Assembly (NCBI GenBank): GCA_026770705.1
Contig: JANJGN010000036.1
Coordinates: 1,550,001 to 1,614,000 of the forward strand
Direction: 5' to 3'
Length of the DNA: 64,000 nucleotides
From: Isurus oxyrinchus
Taxonomy: Eukaryota
The position numbers and the translations under genes were made by a program. Below the pieces are notes generated by a model. The model had not been told where the DNA came from. It made no database searches and worked only from the letters and a program-made list of their open reading frames with translations. Positions 24,874 through 38,396 of the stretch are shown in pieces. Position 1 is the first letter of the stretch; every line of letters starts with the position of its first letter.

Positions 24874-24906
<33 letters not shown>

Positions 24907-25260
24907 AGAAGGGAGGGTTAATGTTAATGAGGGAGACGCCATTGCAGCAGCCACAACTGAGACATTGGATTTTCCGCCTGTAGGTGGAGGAAGGTATAGG
25001 GTAACACGACATTTTCAATAACAATCAGGTTAACAGGCACTGGACACAACAAAGGGGGCACTGATGCAAATTTCTCCTGGTATAAAAAGTTCAACATGCA
25101 GAGATATTTTATCAACCTGTAATGGCGCACTGGTTTACCCCACTCAACTTCACTGTTCCATACCCCTGCTGGATAATATCAGAATCACACACACACCTTT
25201 ACGGTTCTAACCCTGTGCTTGAAACTTTCAGATTTGCTGTGAATGTACAGGGCTTTGGAG
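19640..25260. repeat. Complex tandem duplication: non-repetitive modules separated by degenerate CA tracts
   Basis: Four copies of one module (about 20820-21140, 21770-22060, 23090-23470, 24930-25260) and two copies each of two others (21195-21450/23480-23745; 22060-22530/23930-24410). Confidence 0.85.
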
Positions 25261-28200
25261 AAAAAATGGCCACCATCGATAAAGACAAAATGACTGATTG
25301 ATGTAGGTGGAGATCTACAGAGCCTCTCAGAGGTGTGTGTAGGGGGTGGGGGGGGGGGGGGGGGTGGGTGGTTGGGGGTTGGGGGTGGTTCGGGGGTGTG
25401 GGGGCGTGGTGTGGAGTGAAACAGAAACATACACAAGGGTATATAGAGTGACAGAATAAATTAAGTTCAATATTATATTTTTAAAAATGAACAATTGTCT
25501 GAATATCAATCATCAAAGGCGGAAGGCAGTTCCAAACCTCTCCGACCCAAGCATGTTGAAGTGCCAGATGAAATCACCCCTGATCTTTTTAAATTCCAGA
25601 GAACACATTCAGATCTTGTGTAATCTCACTTTGTAATTTACCCCTTCCTGCTATCATTTGAGTAAAGCTGCCCTGCGCTAAAATGTATGGACCCTCAACT
25701 CTCTTTCAATGTCCACTGTTTGTAGGTCTGTGTTATTTCAGCAAGCATTCTATCATATCATCTTAAATCACGAATACATACATTGAATCTTAGAAACACA
25801 CACACAGACATTTTTTTGCAAAATTATTCTTTATTCATAAAATATTTGAGAGGAGATTACACAACATTTCAGCAAGTGCAATGATATTCAGATTTTCTAC
25901 TTAAATCATGTAGCACTCTGAGGTGCTTCAATACAATAAAAGAAACATTACAGACATTTCAAAATGGTTCTTACTGAAAAGGCAATGATGTTTAACAACA
26001 TTTGCAGCATTTCCAAAATGTAACATACATTGCTATCTGTGTTGTGTGAGTCCAGCTGTGAAATATCTGTACATTTTAGTATTGATTTGTTGACAGTCAC
26101 GTGAAGATAAGGTCAACCTTAGATTTAAAAATCATCCAGTGACTCAGCATCAATTGCTGCCTGGGGAAGTCACCTCCAAGCTAATACCCATCAGTTCCCC
26201 TTAACACTTGGACAACTTTGTCCATTCCCTTAAAACCATGGGACTGATTGGGAGGCAGCATTTGGGGAAGCGAATTCCAAACTTCTATCAACTTTTGTGT
26301 TTCGAAATGTTTCAAAATTCGCTCTTAAAAGTGTAAAGCTCTAAAATCCAATGTCCCTTTATCTGTGTTCGCAAAGAGCAGGGGAGCGATGCAGACGTTG
26401 TGGATAAGGAGGAGGAGTGAGAAATATTATGTGGAATAAACAGACTGAAATGGGAAACATCGAGGTATTTTGAACCTTTGAGAGTGGATTAATCAGCAGA
26501 AATGAGAGATGTTAGCTCCATGGTGAGTTTGGAGAAATTGGGTTTGACCCCCTTGAGGGGAGCTTTGCACAATATGTGCAAGATTAGGAGAGATTGTGAT
26601 GCTCAGGTCACACTTTGATATGAACTTGAAGGATTACCTTCTCCACATCCAACACTGAGTGAAGGTACAGCACGGTTTAGGTACAGAGTGAAGCCCAGTT
26701 TCTATTGTCTCTGGAATTAAGCCTTGTCACGTACACACCTTGGTCAGGATCGATACTCACCAGTCTCAGTAACTCAGACGCCACTGTGTCACTTGCCTTA
26801 TTGCAGTTGGATGCCGTGTTTGGGAGCAGGACAGGTGCACAGGATTAGGACGACTGCTCATGTGGAGGATAAACAGCAGGAATCTTTCAGAGAATCAGAA
26901 CAGACCAGGCAGAATCAAACAAGGAAAATCGTGTTGGATTTGTGAGCCTTGCTTTGTAGAACAGTTTAGTGCTTGGTGAGAATGTTGACCCACTGAAAAT
27001 TGGTACTGGAGGATGGTGTGGCAGTAGGAGATAGGGAGGGGCCATTTACAGAATTTCAACATCCCCTTTTGTGAGGAAGTGTTTCTTCATTTCACTCTTG
27101 AAATGGTTTCAGACCATTCTTTAATTTTTAGATTATGATCCTAGTCTTAAGCTCCTCAACCAGAAAGCATTTCTCTCAATCTTCCTATTAGTTTCCATTA
27201 TTCTCCTTAAAATTTTTATCAAGTTGCCCCTAATAGCTCAACAATCATAGTTTGTGTCTGCATAGCTCTCTCTCTGTCATGTACTATTGATACTTTATGA
27301 GGAGACAAATCTGTCGTTAGTTTTTCAGTGCTGTGTTCACATAAAATGGCCACTGCAAACACACTTAAAATGGCTGACTGACATTTGGGGATATTTTCAA
27401 GATTCCCAAAGAGAGAGAGGGGGAAGGGGAGAGACTAAGGGAAGTCACAGGCCGAGCAAGTGTAAAAAAAGAGATAGACACTGATCGAGAGGGGAGCCAA
27501 GAAACAGAGAGTGAAAGAAAGATATTGGTCAGAGCACATGAGAAGAGGAGGATTCAATTTAATCACTGAACCCTGTTCTGACACTCAGTGAGATAACTGG
27601 TTATCTGTGATCTTACTCTATATCAATTACAATTGGTTTACATTGTCAAATATTTGGTGCACAAGAGTAAATCTTGCTCCGATGAAACTTGATTCTGAAT
27701 AGAAAATGGCCACGATGAAGAAACTTAAAATGGCTGACTGTTGTTTGCGAATTTTCTTTTTCACAGATTCCCAGAGAGAGAAAAAGAGAGAGAGGGAGAG
27801 ACAAAGAGAGGTCAATAACCAGGGACCATCGATTAACCGGGATCCTTCAAATGGAGAATCAGATAAATCATTGAATGATAATAACATGCAGGATTATGAG
27901 GGAAAGAGTGTGGCAGTGAGACTAACTGGATTCCTCTTCAAAACAGCCAGCACATCTGGATGAGCCAAATAGCCTCCTCCAGTGCTGGACTATTCTAACA
28001 CTGTATCTAAAACCCTTTTCTGATCACTATTTCTGAATATATTTGTGAGTGTGACTGTGCATGTGTGAGGGTGTGTTTGTTTATGTGTCTGCGTGTATGA
28101 GAGAATATAGCTGTGCGAGCTTGTATGTGTGCATGAGAGCGAGAGAATCTGTGTGTGAGTGTTTGTGAATGTGTGTCTGTCTGCTTGTATTAGAGAATAT

Positions 28201-28809
28201 TTCTGTAGGAGTTTGTCTGTGCATGTGTGTGAGAGATAGAGAAAACGTGTGTCAGAGAGAGAATATATAGTGGCGTGTGTGCGTGTTTCTATGCATGAGA
28301 GAGAAAATATCTGTGTGGGTGTGTTTGTGTGTGAGAGAGAGAATATACCTGTGTGTGTGTGCCTATGCATGAGAGAGAATTTATCTGTATGGGCGTGTGA
28401 GACAGAGAATGTGTGCATATGTGTGCGAGAGGGAGAAAATATCTTTGTGAGTGTGTGTGTGTGTGCGTGTGTGTGAGGGTGTTTGTGCGTGTGTGAGAGC
28501 GAGAGAGACGGAATTGGTGTCTGTACGAGACAGACTAGAGAGAGGGTCAGAGAGTGACAGAGAGATAGAGTGAGACACAGAGACAGAGAGAGGTTGAGAG
28601 GCAGAAAGATGGGGTGAGAGAGAGAGAGAGGAACATAGCGACAGGGAGATGGGGTTTGAGAAACAGAGAAGGCGAGAGAAACAGAGAGACAGTGAGAGGG
28701 TAGTAGGTGTTGGGCATAGACATGGGGTGAGACACAGAATCAGAGAGACGAGTCAAGGAAAGGCAAAAGCTACCGAGAGAGAGAGAACTGACGTAATGGA
28801 GTAAAAACC

Positions 28810-29055
28810 ATCCTCAATATTTAAAATGGAGGCAGACACCTTCTCCATCTTTAAAACGGAGGGAGATTCCTTCTCCATCGTTAAAACTGAGGGAGATCCA
28901 TTTTCCATCTTTAAAATGGAGGGAGACGATATCACTTTTCCATCTTTGCAATAGAGGGAGATCCCTTGTCCATTTTTAAAATGGAGGGAGATCCCTTCTC
29001 CATCTTTAATATGGAGGGTGATCCCTTCTACATCTTCAAAATGGAGGGAGATATC
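28810..29055. repeat. 30-bp satellite TTTAAAATGGAGGGAGATCCCTTCTCCATC
   Basis: Tandem array; more arrays at about 43590-43820, 56220-56330, 60955-61215 and 63005-63510. Confidence 0.9.
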
Positions 29056-32029
29056 TCTATCTCTGTCACATTGAAAGTACTAAAGTCCCATTCGTGAGAA
29101 TACAGCTCTGTCATTAATGTCCCAGTGCTGTGGGCCACAGATAAATTGGCCACTGTGAACAAACCTAAACTGGTTAACTGGTATTTGGGGATTTGTCTTA
29201 CAGAATCTGAGAGAGGCAGAGAGAGGAAAAGAGAAGGCGCAGAATGAGGTAATTTTAAAGAGAGAGACACAGAACGAGAGGAGATGAAGAGGCAGACATC
29301 CAGATTTTCCAAATCCATTTGACGTGTTAGGCTCTGCCTCCACGGAAGGAACGGGAACAGGAGGAAGCCTTTGAGCCTTTGACCCTTTATAGCCACGTCT
29401 ACTATTCAGCAAGTTCTATTCTGATCTCCTAACTCAGCTCCACTTTTCCGCGTTATTCCCTGATCCATTGATTCCCCTAGTGTCCAAAAGTAGATCGATA
29501 TCAGTTCCTTGTACGAGTACAAGCAAAGACATTTGTCTTTTTGTCTATATTTGCAACCAACGTAAATAACGTCACACTTCCCCACATTATCTCCCTTCAG
29601 CCACCTTTCTGGCTACTTACTTAAACTGATTATATCTCTTTGCAGCCTCTTTGTGTCCTCTTCACAGTTTGCATTCCCACAGAGCTTTACATTGTCATCA
29701 AACCAAGATATATTAGTTTTGGTCTCTTCATCTATGTCATTTAAAGAGATTGTAAATAGTTGAGGCGTTTGCACGGTTCCTTTCCGTAGTCCAAATGACA
29801 CACCTTCCAGCTTGAAAGTGCCCAGGTATGATTTGAACACAACCCTATATAATTGCAGTAATACTTCCTTACTTTTACATTCCAACGCCCTTGCAAATGA
29901 AGACTGACATAGTATTTGCCAAAATATTGCTGAACTGAATGTTAACTGCCTGTGATTCGTGCACATGGGCACTCAAAAATGCCTCTGAATGCCAACAATG
30001 ACTGGCCCCTAAACTTAAAAAAAATTTTGCTTTTCCCTTCTCCCCATTGCATGATTAATTGTTACACAGGATGACACAGGACGTACAACAGAGAAACAAG
30101 CGATTCTGCACAACCAGTCCAAACTGGTCTTCATTCTCCTCCCCAGCTTCCTCCATTTTTTCTCGTTTAAATCTAAAAATAACAACCACACTTTTCCCTC
30201 CAATAGTTGTCTAATTTCCAAGAAAACACTTCTACTATTCACCCCAACCACTCCCTCTGGTAGTGACATCCACATTCTCACCACTTTCTGGGTAAAGATG
30301 TTTCTCTTGAATTTTCTTTTGCATTTATTAGTTACTGTCTTATATTGATGACCTCTAATTATGCTCTTTGTTATGGGAAGAAACATTTTATCTGAAGATA
30401 ACGCACACAGTTGACGGTGGGTTGAGGGAGTGACACCTTTAAGACATGTGATACCCTGGGCCCGTCTGGAGATCTCTGTTTTTGGTAGACTTGCCCTTAT
30501 TACCTCGACTCCACTTTCCTGTTTTATCTCCATATGATTTGGTTCCTTGTTCATCCTCTCTCCCCCCACAGTAGGTGTCTCTGTTCACAGTCAGTCCCTC
30601 TATCGCAGGTGTCTCAATTGACAGTTAGCCCCTTTACCGTTGGCACCCTTGTTCACAATCACTTCCTCTAAATTAGGTGAATGTTCACAGTCAGTCCCTC
30701 TAAAGTAGGTGACTGTTCACAGTCTGCAGAAGGTGAAAGGCTCTATCAAATCTCTCTTAATCTTCTGTGTTTTCAGGAAAGAAACACTGTTTTTCAAGTC
30801 TGTCCACACTACTGACGTTCCTCATTCATGGAGTCAAGCAGGGAAATCACATCTAACCCATCTCCAATGCCTTGACAATTCCCGAGAGTGTGGGGACATA
30901 TTTGAACACAAAGCTGCATTTTTGGACTAGCCAGTGTTTTACAAAGGTTTCACGTAGCTTCCGTGCGTTTTTGTATTCAATTCCTCTACTATTTAGAGAC
31001 AAGGGATCTTTTTTTGTTTTTGAAGAAATCGCCTTTGTTTAGCCAGCCACGTTCAAAGCTGCCGCATACAGTGTCTATTAAAATGAGGAGGAATTTCTCC
31101 TGTCAGATTGTCGTTCATGTTTATTCCTGTATCTTATTTTAAAATTGCAGCATTTATTTTCATTGCCTTTCCATAGGTTCATAACAAAATGTTTCACTTA
31201 ATTCTTCTGTTTTAAAAGTGATCTGCTACGTGTCTGCCTCTGCACTCTTGAAGTCCATTGCTTATCATCTCATCATGTACTGGACTCGCGAGTGTTGTAT
31301 CTTTTGAAAAAGTTACAATTATGCCTTTGCAACAGATTCCAGGTCAGTGTTATGCACAAAATACTGTCCCCATGGGAAGTCCTCTGTCTATTTCCATCGA
31401 TATAAGAAATAACTGTTTACTATTCTCTGTTTTTACCATTACCAATCTTGTATCCATATTGCTGCTCTTCCTTTCACCTATTGTTTTGCTAATTAGTCGC
31501 CTATGTGTGATGATACCCTGCGGGGCTACAGAGCAGTGAAATGCAACGTATTTCATCAGTACCTCAATGATGCCTTCTGCTTTTGGAAAGTCTCCTTGTG
31601 GATCCTGAGGTTCAGTGCGCATTAGAGCCAATGTTCTGCCTTGAATGCTTCTCCTGTCAGGAAGTGTCAGCGTCAGCACTGACTAAGTTAATAATAAATC
31701 TGTTGTGCTACAGAAACGTGAGTTGTCGAATGCAGAGATGTGGATTCATTGATACACCTCACCCTGAATCATTGCGATAATGCTCTGAAATCCTGCTTCA
31801 CATTTTAAATTGTTCTGCCTCCCCAAAATACACATTTCATAATAAAATGTCATGAATTTGTCCCAATCATCAATGACACAAAATTTGATTCATCAAACAC
31901 TTTTTAAAAAATCCCTCCTGCATTTGGTTTCGCAGATGATTGGCTTCACTTTGTAATTAAATCTTGGCAGGAAACACTGCTGATTTGGAGTGAAAAGCCG
32001 AGGAGAACAATGGGAAATTAACATCGGAA

Positions 32030-34330
32030 CAGGAGGAGGTGTAATGGATAGAGTGGAAGTATAAAAATATTTCCCTCGATGGAGAATTCTAGAACCAGGG
32101 GACATATCTTGAATCTATGTGGCAGAAGGTGTAGGGGGGAACCTGAGGAAGAACTTTTTTTATGCAGAGGGAAGTGGGTGTCTGGAATTAACTGCCCAAG
32201 TTGGTGGTAGAGGCAGAAACGTTAAACTCTTTTAATAAGTGCCTGGATCTGCACTTAAAGTGCTGTAAGCTGCAGGGCTATGGACCGGGTGCAAGAATGT
32301 GGGATTAGTAAGGGCACCTGGGAGTCCTCGGGCTGGCATGGACAAGATGAGCCGAATGACCTTCTGATGTGCTGTACCTTTTCACTGGTTCTATGTATTC
32401 AGCCCATCAAGCATGCTCCACCATTCAATTCTATCATGGCAGATGATCCACTTCAATGCCTTTTTCCCGCACTATCCCCACATCCCCTTTTTTCATTGGT
32501 ATTTAGAAATCTGTCAATCTCTATTTGAAACATACTCACTGACTGACCTTCCAACTCCCCCTGGGTTGGGAATTGTAAATTTTCAGAACCACGGGAGTAA
32601 AAAGGAAAACTTAAATATCCTATTTTTTTTTCCAAAGTGGCTTCCCACTTATTTTGAAACAGTGTCTCCAGGTTCCAGATTCCTCAACTATCTTTGATTT
32701 GTCTGTGCTGTGTACACTTTTAACTATTTTGTAGGATGCATTGAGATCACCTCTCATTATTCGAAGCTCCAGAGAACACATGCCATGTTTCACGAAAATC
32801 TCCTCATTGAATCGTCCTGTTACCCCGGCAACAAGTCTGCCGAACATTGTTTACACAATTTTTATGGCAGTAACATTCCACCCAAGGTAAGAGGACCAAA
32901 ACTGCACACACTACTCCAGGTGAGATATAACCAACCTTCTAAACAATTGAAGCAATAATTCATTACTCCTATACTCAAATCCTCATGTGATACAGGCTAA
33001 CATTCCATTAGCCTTCCTAATTGCCTGCTGCCCCTAAATGTGAGCCTTTAGGCATAAATTGGATGGTACAACTGCACTTTCAAATCTCTTAATATTTAAG
33101 AAATACTCAGCAAATCTTTTCCTCCAAGCAAATTAGATGACTTGACATTTTTTTCCAAATGCTAATCTACTTGCCGTGTCCTTGCCTGCTCACCAACTCT
33201 AACCAAATCATCATGAAGCCGCTTTGCCTCTTCCTCACAACAAACATTCCACTTAGCTTCGTGAACTTTGAAATATTAAATTCGGCCCCAGATCGTGCTC
33301 ACACTGCAGCCATGAACTGACAGTGAGATCAAACCAAATTACGCCTATTTGTGTCTTTATATCATCTACCTTCTTGCGAATGTTGCGTGCATTCAAGTAG
33401 AGAGCCATTAAGTTTGCGTCTTTCACATTATTCCACATTCTAAGTTAAATTGATGGTCCGCTTCGTTCACCTGCCTTCTAATTTCACTTGCTAATTTTTA
33501 ACTTCCCATTACGGGCTTGATGTCCTTCCAGATTGACTTATCCCTCAGGTCCCCATCTCCCTGACAAGCTAGTTTCAAACCTCCCCAACAACATGAGCAA
33601 ATCTACCTGTCAGGATATTAGGGCCGATCCTGTTAAAGTGTAATCCGTCCAGCTTGTACAGGTCCTAGCAGCCCCAGAACCAGTCATAACGCCTCAGGAG
33701 TCTGATTCCCTGTCTCTTACACCAATTCTACAGCCACCTATTTAATTGATCAGTCCTTCCATCACGTCGCACTGGGAGCAATACTGAGATTAATACTCCA
33801 GAGGTCCTCTTTATAATGTCCTTCCAAAATTACTAAAATCTGCTTTCAGGACCTCTTCACTCTTCCTTCCTATATCGTTGGTACCAATGTGGATGATGAT
33901 CGCTGGCTGTTCGCCTTCCCCCAGAAGGATGCCCTACAGCTGCTCGTGACATCCTTGATCATGCCTCCCTGGAGTAGCGTTTACTGCCACAAAAACGCTT
34001 GTCTGATTCTCTGGCTGTAGAATCCTCCATAAGCATTGCTCTTCCAATCTCCTTCTTCCCCTGCCCTGCAGATCAGCCACTTGTGCTGCCATAAATTTTG
34101 TTCTTGTTGCATTCCCCTGAAAAGCCATTTCCCTCAGAGCATCCAAAATGAAAAAAAAAAAAGTTTAGAAAGCAAGATAGGTTCAGGGAACTCCTGAACT
34201 GCCTGCCTGGCTCTCTCAGACTCTCTTAGACTGACTGGCTGTCACCCACTCACTCCCTGCCTGTACGCTCCGAACCTGCGGCCTGATAAGCCCACTAAAC
34301 CTGCTACCCACTCAGTTTTCTGCACAACAG
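32030..34330 (-). mobile_element. Decayed CR1 LINE pieces including endonuclease start and upstream ORF1 region
   Basis: LYLNARNIRKKVD at 33380-33410; degenerate RT at 32400-33255; plus-strand 3' fragment at 32030-32390. Confidence 0.7.
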
Positions 34331-35457
34331 TGGCTTCAGTCAGCACTGGCCTTCTGAAACCCAGCCCTCAAGCCTCTGCAGAATAAAACTTAACTTCTAC
34401 TTTATGGAATAATGTTACTTAAATGCTAAATCAAAGGGTAAAACAAGGGAAACAATCTCCGCGTAGATAGAAATTAATGCTTTTAACTCTCTCATTCATC
34501 AGCTCTCAATGCGGAGTAAAACAGTACTGAGGAAGGGTCTTTTTAACGCTCAATGAAAAGCAGCTAATTCAATCTTCTTAAAACCAGATTCGTAATTAAG
34601 TAGCTGAAACTCCCAGAGAAATTGAATAACTCTGCATAGGGAGGGGGAAAGCAACATTATGGATCCTACTCCTGATCAGAGAGAATTTGATACTTCACAG
34701 TTTGAGTGGCTCTTTCTGAAGCACTAAACGGTCGTTCAAATTGGGCACAATATTTTTAAATGACAATTTGCCTTTCCATTGCTTCATATTAATTTGTGTA
34801 GTTCCCCCTTGCAAACCCCGTGAGACTTGAGTGACGGCAGGGTCAGAAGTTTCTGGGGCACAAGGACACATGCAGGAGCCGGCTATTCAGCCCCTCAAGC
34901 CCGCTCCACCAAGCAATATGATCATGGCTGATCTGGTTGTTGTTTCAGCTCTACTTACCTGCCTACCCCCATAAAACTTCACTCCCTTGTAAATCAAGCA
35001 TATATCTAACTCAGCTTTACAACATAGCCAATGGACCAGGCTCCACTGCTGGCAGTTGAATCCCTATCTAATTTCTAAATTGTGACCCCTAGTCCGGTCT
35101 TCCCCCGTAAAGGGAAACATTCCCGCAGCACATGCCCTGTCAGATCCCACCTCCCCCAACGCCCCCCCCCTCCCCCCCCCCCCCCCCCCCCCAACAAGAA
35201 TATTATATGTTTCAATAAGGCTCTGTCATGACTCCCAATCTGCCGGGTGTACATCTCAATGTCTCCACACTTTGAGTTTTGATTCGTCTTTCTAAAAATG
35301 AGATTCAAACTAATTTGTTTCAATTACTTTGGGGCCAAAGGGAAATGCATTGAATTCTTCATAGATGGGTTGGCTGGAGATATTAATTTGAAACCAAATG
35401 AATATTTGTTAAATAATTATGTAACAGTGAAGTGAGATAATCTTCAGGGGCGGCAGT

Positions 35458-35460
35458 AAT

Positions 35461-35531
<71 letters not shown>

Positions 35532-35535
35532 CATA
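35458..35535. repeat. (TA)n microsatellite upstream of the IgL promoter
   Basis: Directly visible. Confidence 0.95.
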
Positions 35536-35689
35536 CAATTCTATATATGCAAAGATCTTAGAAATATTGGAATCTTCCTAAACCAGAAATTCCAATTGCA
35601 GATTAAACATTTTAACAATAATTTTACCAGCCAAAAAAAAAATTCGAAATGTAAATTTGCCTGCACCGTTTCCCTGGCCGCTCCCACTC

Positions 35690-35697
35690 ATTTGCAT
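35690..35697 (+). promoter_or_regulatory. Ig light chain promoter octamer ATTTGCAT
   Basis: Exact octamer in light-chain orientation about 120 bp upstream of the leader ATG, followed by AT-rich TATA-like motifs. Confidence 0.85.
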
Positions 35698-35815
35698 TCC
35701 GCTTAATAAATGGAGCTGGAGTGTCCGGTATAACTGGCACTGGAACCGGAGCCGCTCTCGGAGTTGACAACAACCGGTGCAGTGGGAAATTTGGGCAGGC
35801 GCTTCTCCAGAGGAA

Positions 35816-35864
35816 ATGGCTCCAGTGCTGCATCTCTTGTGGGCTCTGCTGCTCCATCTAACAG
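35816..35864 (+). pseudogene. IgL leader exon MAPVLHLLWALLLHLT
   Basis: ATG, hydrophobic core, phase-1 donor G|GTCAGA. Confidence 0.88.
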
Positions 35865-36011
35865 GTCAGATATTAGGGAAGCGGGTTTTGATAACAGAGA
35901 ATCCGCTAAATGCCGAGAACGGTCCGGTTTAAGACCCATGTTTATTGATGAATTAACGACAGTTTTGCTCCTGGTTACTGAATGTTTTCTTCTGTCTCTA
36001 TTTAATTGAAG

Positions 36012-36337
36012 GTGTCCTGGTGGTTCTCGTCCTCAATTAGTCCACAATTTCCGACTGAGTCTCCGTTGGTCAGACCGCCCGATTACAGTGCGAGATGCAG
36101 AACGGGAATGTGGGAAGCTCCACTGTGCGCTGGTACCGGCAGCGAACCGGAGTTGCTCCAGTCTGGGTGTTACAGCACAAGACAGATGGGAGCGTCTCTC
36201 GAGGCACCGGCTTCACTGACCGCTTCGAACCTTCGAGAGACACCTCCAGGAACAATTTCATTCTGACCATTGGAAGCCTGGAGTCCGGTGACTCCGCCGT
36301 CTATTACTGTTCGGTCTGGGATAGCTCAGCTGGGGAG
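36012..36337 (+). pseudogene. IgL V segment with two in-frame stops
   Basis: TAG at 36038-36040 and TGA at 36056-36058 in FR1; remainder open to DSAVYYCSVWDSS. Confidence 0.92.
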
Positions 36338-36365
36338 CACAGTGAGACAGAGCCATACAAAAACT
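36338..36365 (+). other. 12-spacer recombination signal sequence
   Basis: CACAGTG - 12 nt - ACAAAAACT directly after V. Confidence 0.95.
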
Positions 36366-36684
36366 GTATGTAGAAAACCGCTCAGAATTACAACAGCAGC
36401 TGGAGTGTTCCTGGCCGAGAATATGTCATCAACTTCCAAGTTGTTCCTTGTGTAAGTTCCTGAGAAACATAACTGAGATTCCAAGGGTTAATTTACATTT
36501 TCTCCATCGCGGTTCTCAATATTACCCTCTTGAGTAACGATGGATATTATCAGGGTTTCGCGCTATTTTTGAAATATCTCTCTTGTCCTCTGTACTCCAG
36601 CCCATGTGAAAGGGAAAATGTGACAGGAAATGTGATAATATAGAGGTTATTAATATTTCATCCTGTACTTTTGCCCGCAGCCTG

Positions 36685-36723
36685 AGTTTTAGGTGACCCG
36701 TCCGATTACACTGCCGCTCTCTG
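36685..36723 (+). other. Degenerate 23-spacer RSS before J
   Basis: AGTTTTAGG - 23 nt - CTCTCTG (consensus GGTTTTTGT / CACTGTG; critical GTG changed to CTG). Confidence 0.75.
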
Positions 36724-36760
36724 CAGATATTCGGAGGTGGGACTGCCTTGAATTTTCGGA
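36724..36760 (+). pseudogene. IgL J segment QIFGGGTALNFR with dead donor
   Basis: FGxG motif; followed by ATAAGT instead of GTAAGT. Confidence 0.88.
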
Positions 36761-37713
36761 ATAAGTGATTCCCCCTCTCTTTCCATCTTACATTGTTTCA
36801 ATTATTATTAATTTAGAAGCGACTTCATTCTCCAGCGGATGTCAAATCCCCATTTCGTGAATGTTGGATCAGGTCAATTTATATCCAGAATTGTTAACTG
36901 AGTCAGACTTGGAATTGAACTGCACCGGGAGAAAATAATGAAACAGAGAATCAGAGTCAAATTATGAATTAAATTATGAAAGAACAGGCTGCTAGAAAGG
37001 CAGGTGGATGTAGATTCTGTAAATACTTTCAAAAGTGGAAGTGGATAAAGACTTGAAGGGGAAAAATTGCGGGGCTTTGCAAGCAGAGGCGGTGAGTGGG
37101 ACTACTTGGAAAGCTCTTACAAGAGCTAGCAGAGGCGTGAGGAGCCGCATGACCTCTTATTTTGATGGGTCAGCCTCTAATTTTTTGATTTTCTTCCAGA
37201 GCCTTCACCGCCCCCCAAGGCGCCCAAAAGCTAAATAAGCAACGAACTATTATTCACCTAGTCACTGTTACAATGTCAGCAAAGGGATTTAAAGATTGGA
37301 CAGGGAATTATGGGAATAAGAAGTTGTTGGAACACGTGAATTAATCAATAATTTAAGTTAAAGTCAAAATGATTCGTGATTGACTTTCGACGTCCAGTCC
37401 GATTTCAGATCAGCGGGATCTATGTATTAATGAGATTTTTTCTCACTCACACACGCACAGTTCACAGTGTTCTGTATCTTACAGAACCCTCTCTCTCTCT
37501 TTCTTTCTGTCTCTCATAGTCTCCCCCCACCCCCTTCGTCTCTCTATCTCGCTTTCTCTCTCTCACACACACACACACACTCAGGTCAGAGTATATTTGA
37601 GTGCATTTTCTCTCGTCCCTCTCTCACATACGCAAAGTTCACAGTGTTCTACATATTACAGAGCTCTGTTTGTCTTTCTCGCTTTCTTTCTCTCTCATTC
37701 TCTCCCCTCTCCG

Positions 37714-37746
<33 letters not shown>

Positions 37747-38067
37747 TACACGCACACACAGGTCTCTGTGTTCTATACATTAGTAAATTCTCTCACACAG
37801 ACACAGAGACGCACACACACACATAGACACATTTGTTATGAGTTTGAATGAATTTTATTTCAAAGACCCAGACAGGTCAGTCTCCTATATAGTAAGGAAT
37901 CTCTCCATCTCTCTTTCTCTCTCTCATTCTCACACACACACACAGCCGCACACACGTCAGCATTTTCTCTACGTTAAGGGGCATTCTCCCCCCTCTCTCT
38001 CACAAACGTACAGGTCAGAGTTTTCTTTATATTAATATATTTTCTGTACTCCCTCACACACACACAG

Positions 38068-38396
38068 GTACTGAGGATCGAAGGCCATCCGTCATTCTTC
38101 TTCCTCCTTCCTCGCAAGAGATAGATTCAGGCTCGGCCACTCTGTCCTGCCTGGTGAGTGACTTTAAACCGGGTTTCGTGCGGGTCCTCTGGAGTGTGGA
38201 TGGCAAAGAGACAGACAGCGGAGTGAGAACAAGCGTCGTGTCCGCGGATAGCGATCAAACCTACAGCCTGAGCAGTTACCTGACAGTCCCAGCCACTGAC
38301 TGGAAGAAGGGCTCCAGATATTCCTGCAGTGTCAACCACGGCTCCCTGAACTCACCCCTTCTCAACACCATCAGCTTCAGCGATTGCTCACTCTGA
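38068..38396 (+). CDS. IgL constant exon (frame intact) within the pseudogene cluster
   Basis: cacag| acceptor; TEDRRPSVILLPPSSQEIDSGSATLSCLVS...YSCSVNHGSL...SDCSL*; AATAAA at 38649 and 38703. Confidence 0.92.

Larger units (their letters stand above)
35816..38396 (+). pseudogene. IgL: Ig light chain V-J-C cluster, type I (NS5 / sigma-cart class), unrearranged and inactivated
   Basis: Leader 35816-35864, V 36012-36337, J 36724-36760, C 38068-38396. Motifs CEMQNGN..WYRQR.G.APVW..RF.PSRDTS and EDRRPSVILLPPS..FKPGFVRVLW are characteristic of shark type I light chains. Confidence 0.9.

Noticed and set aside
36095-36373. Functional IgL V ORF
   Set aside because: Starts at an internal Met after two in-frame stops and runs through the RSS.
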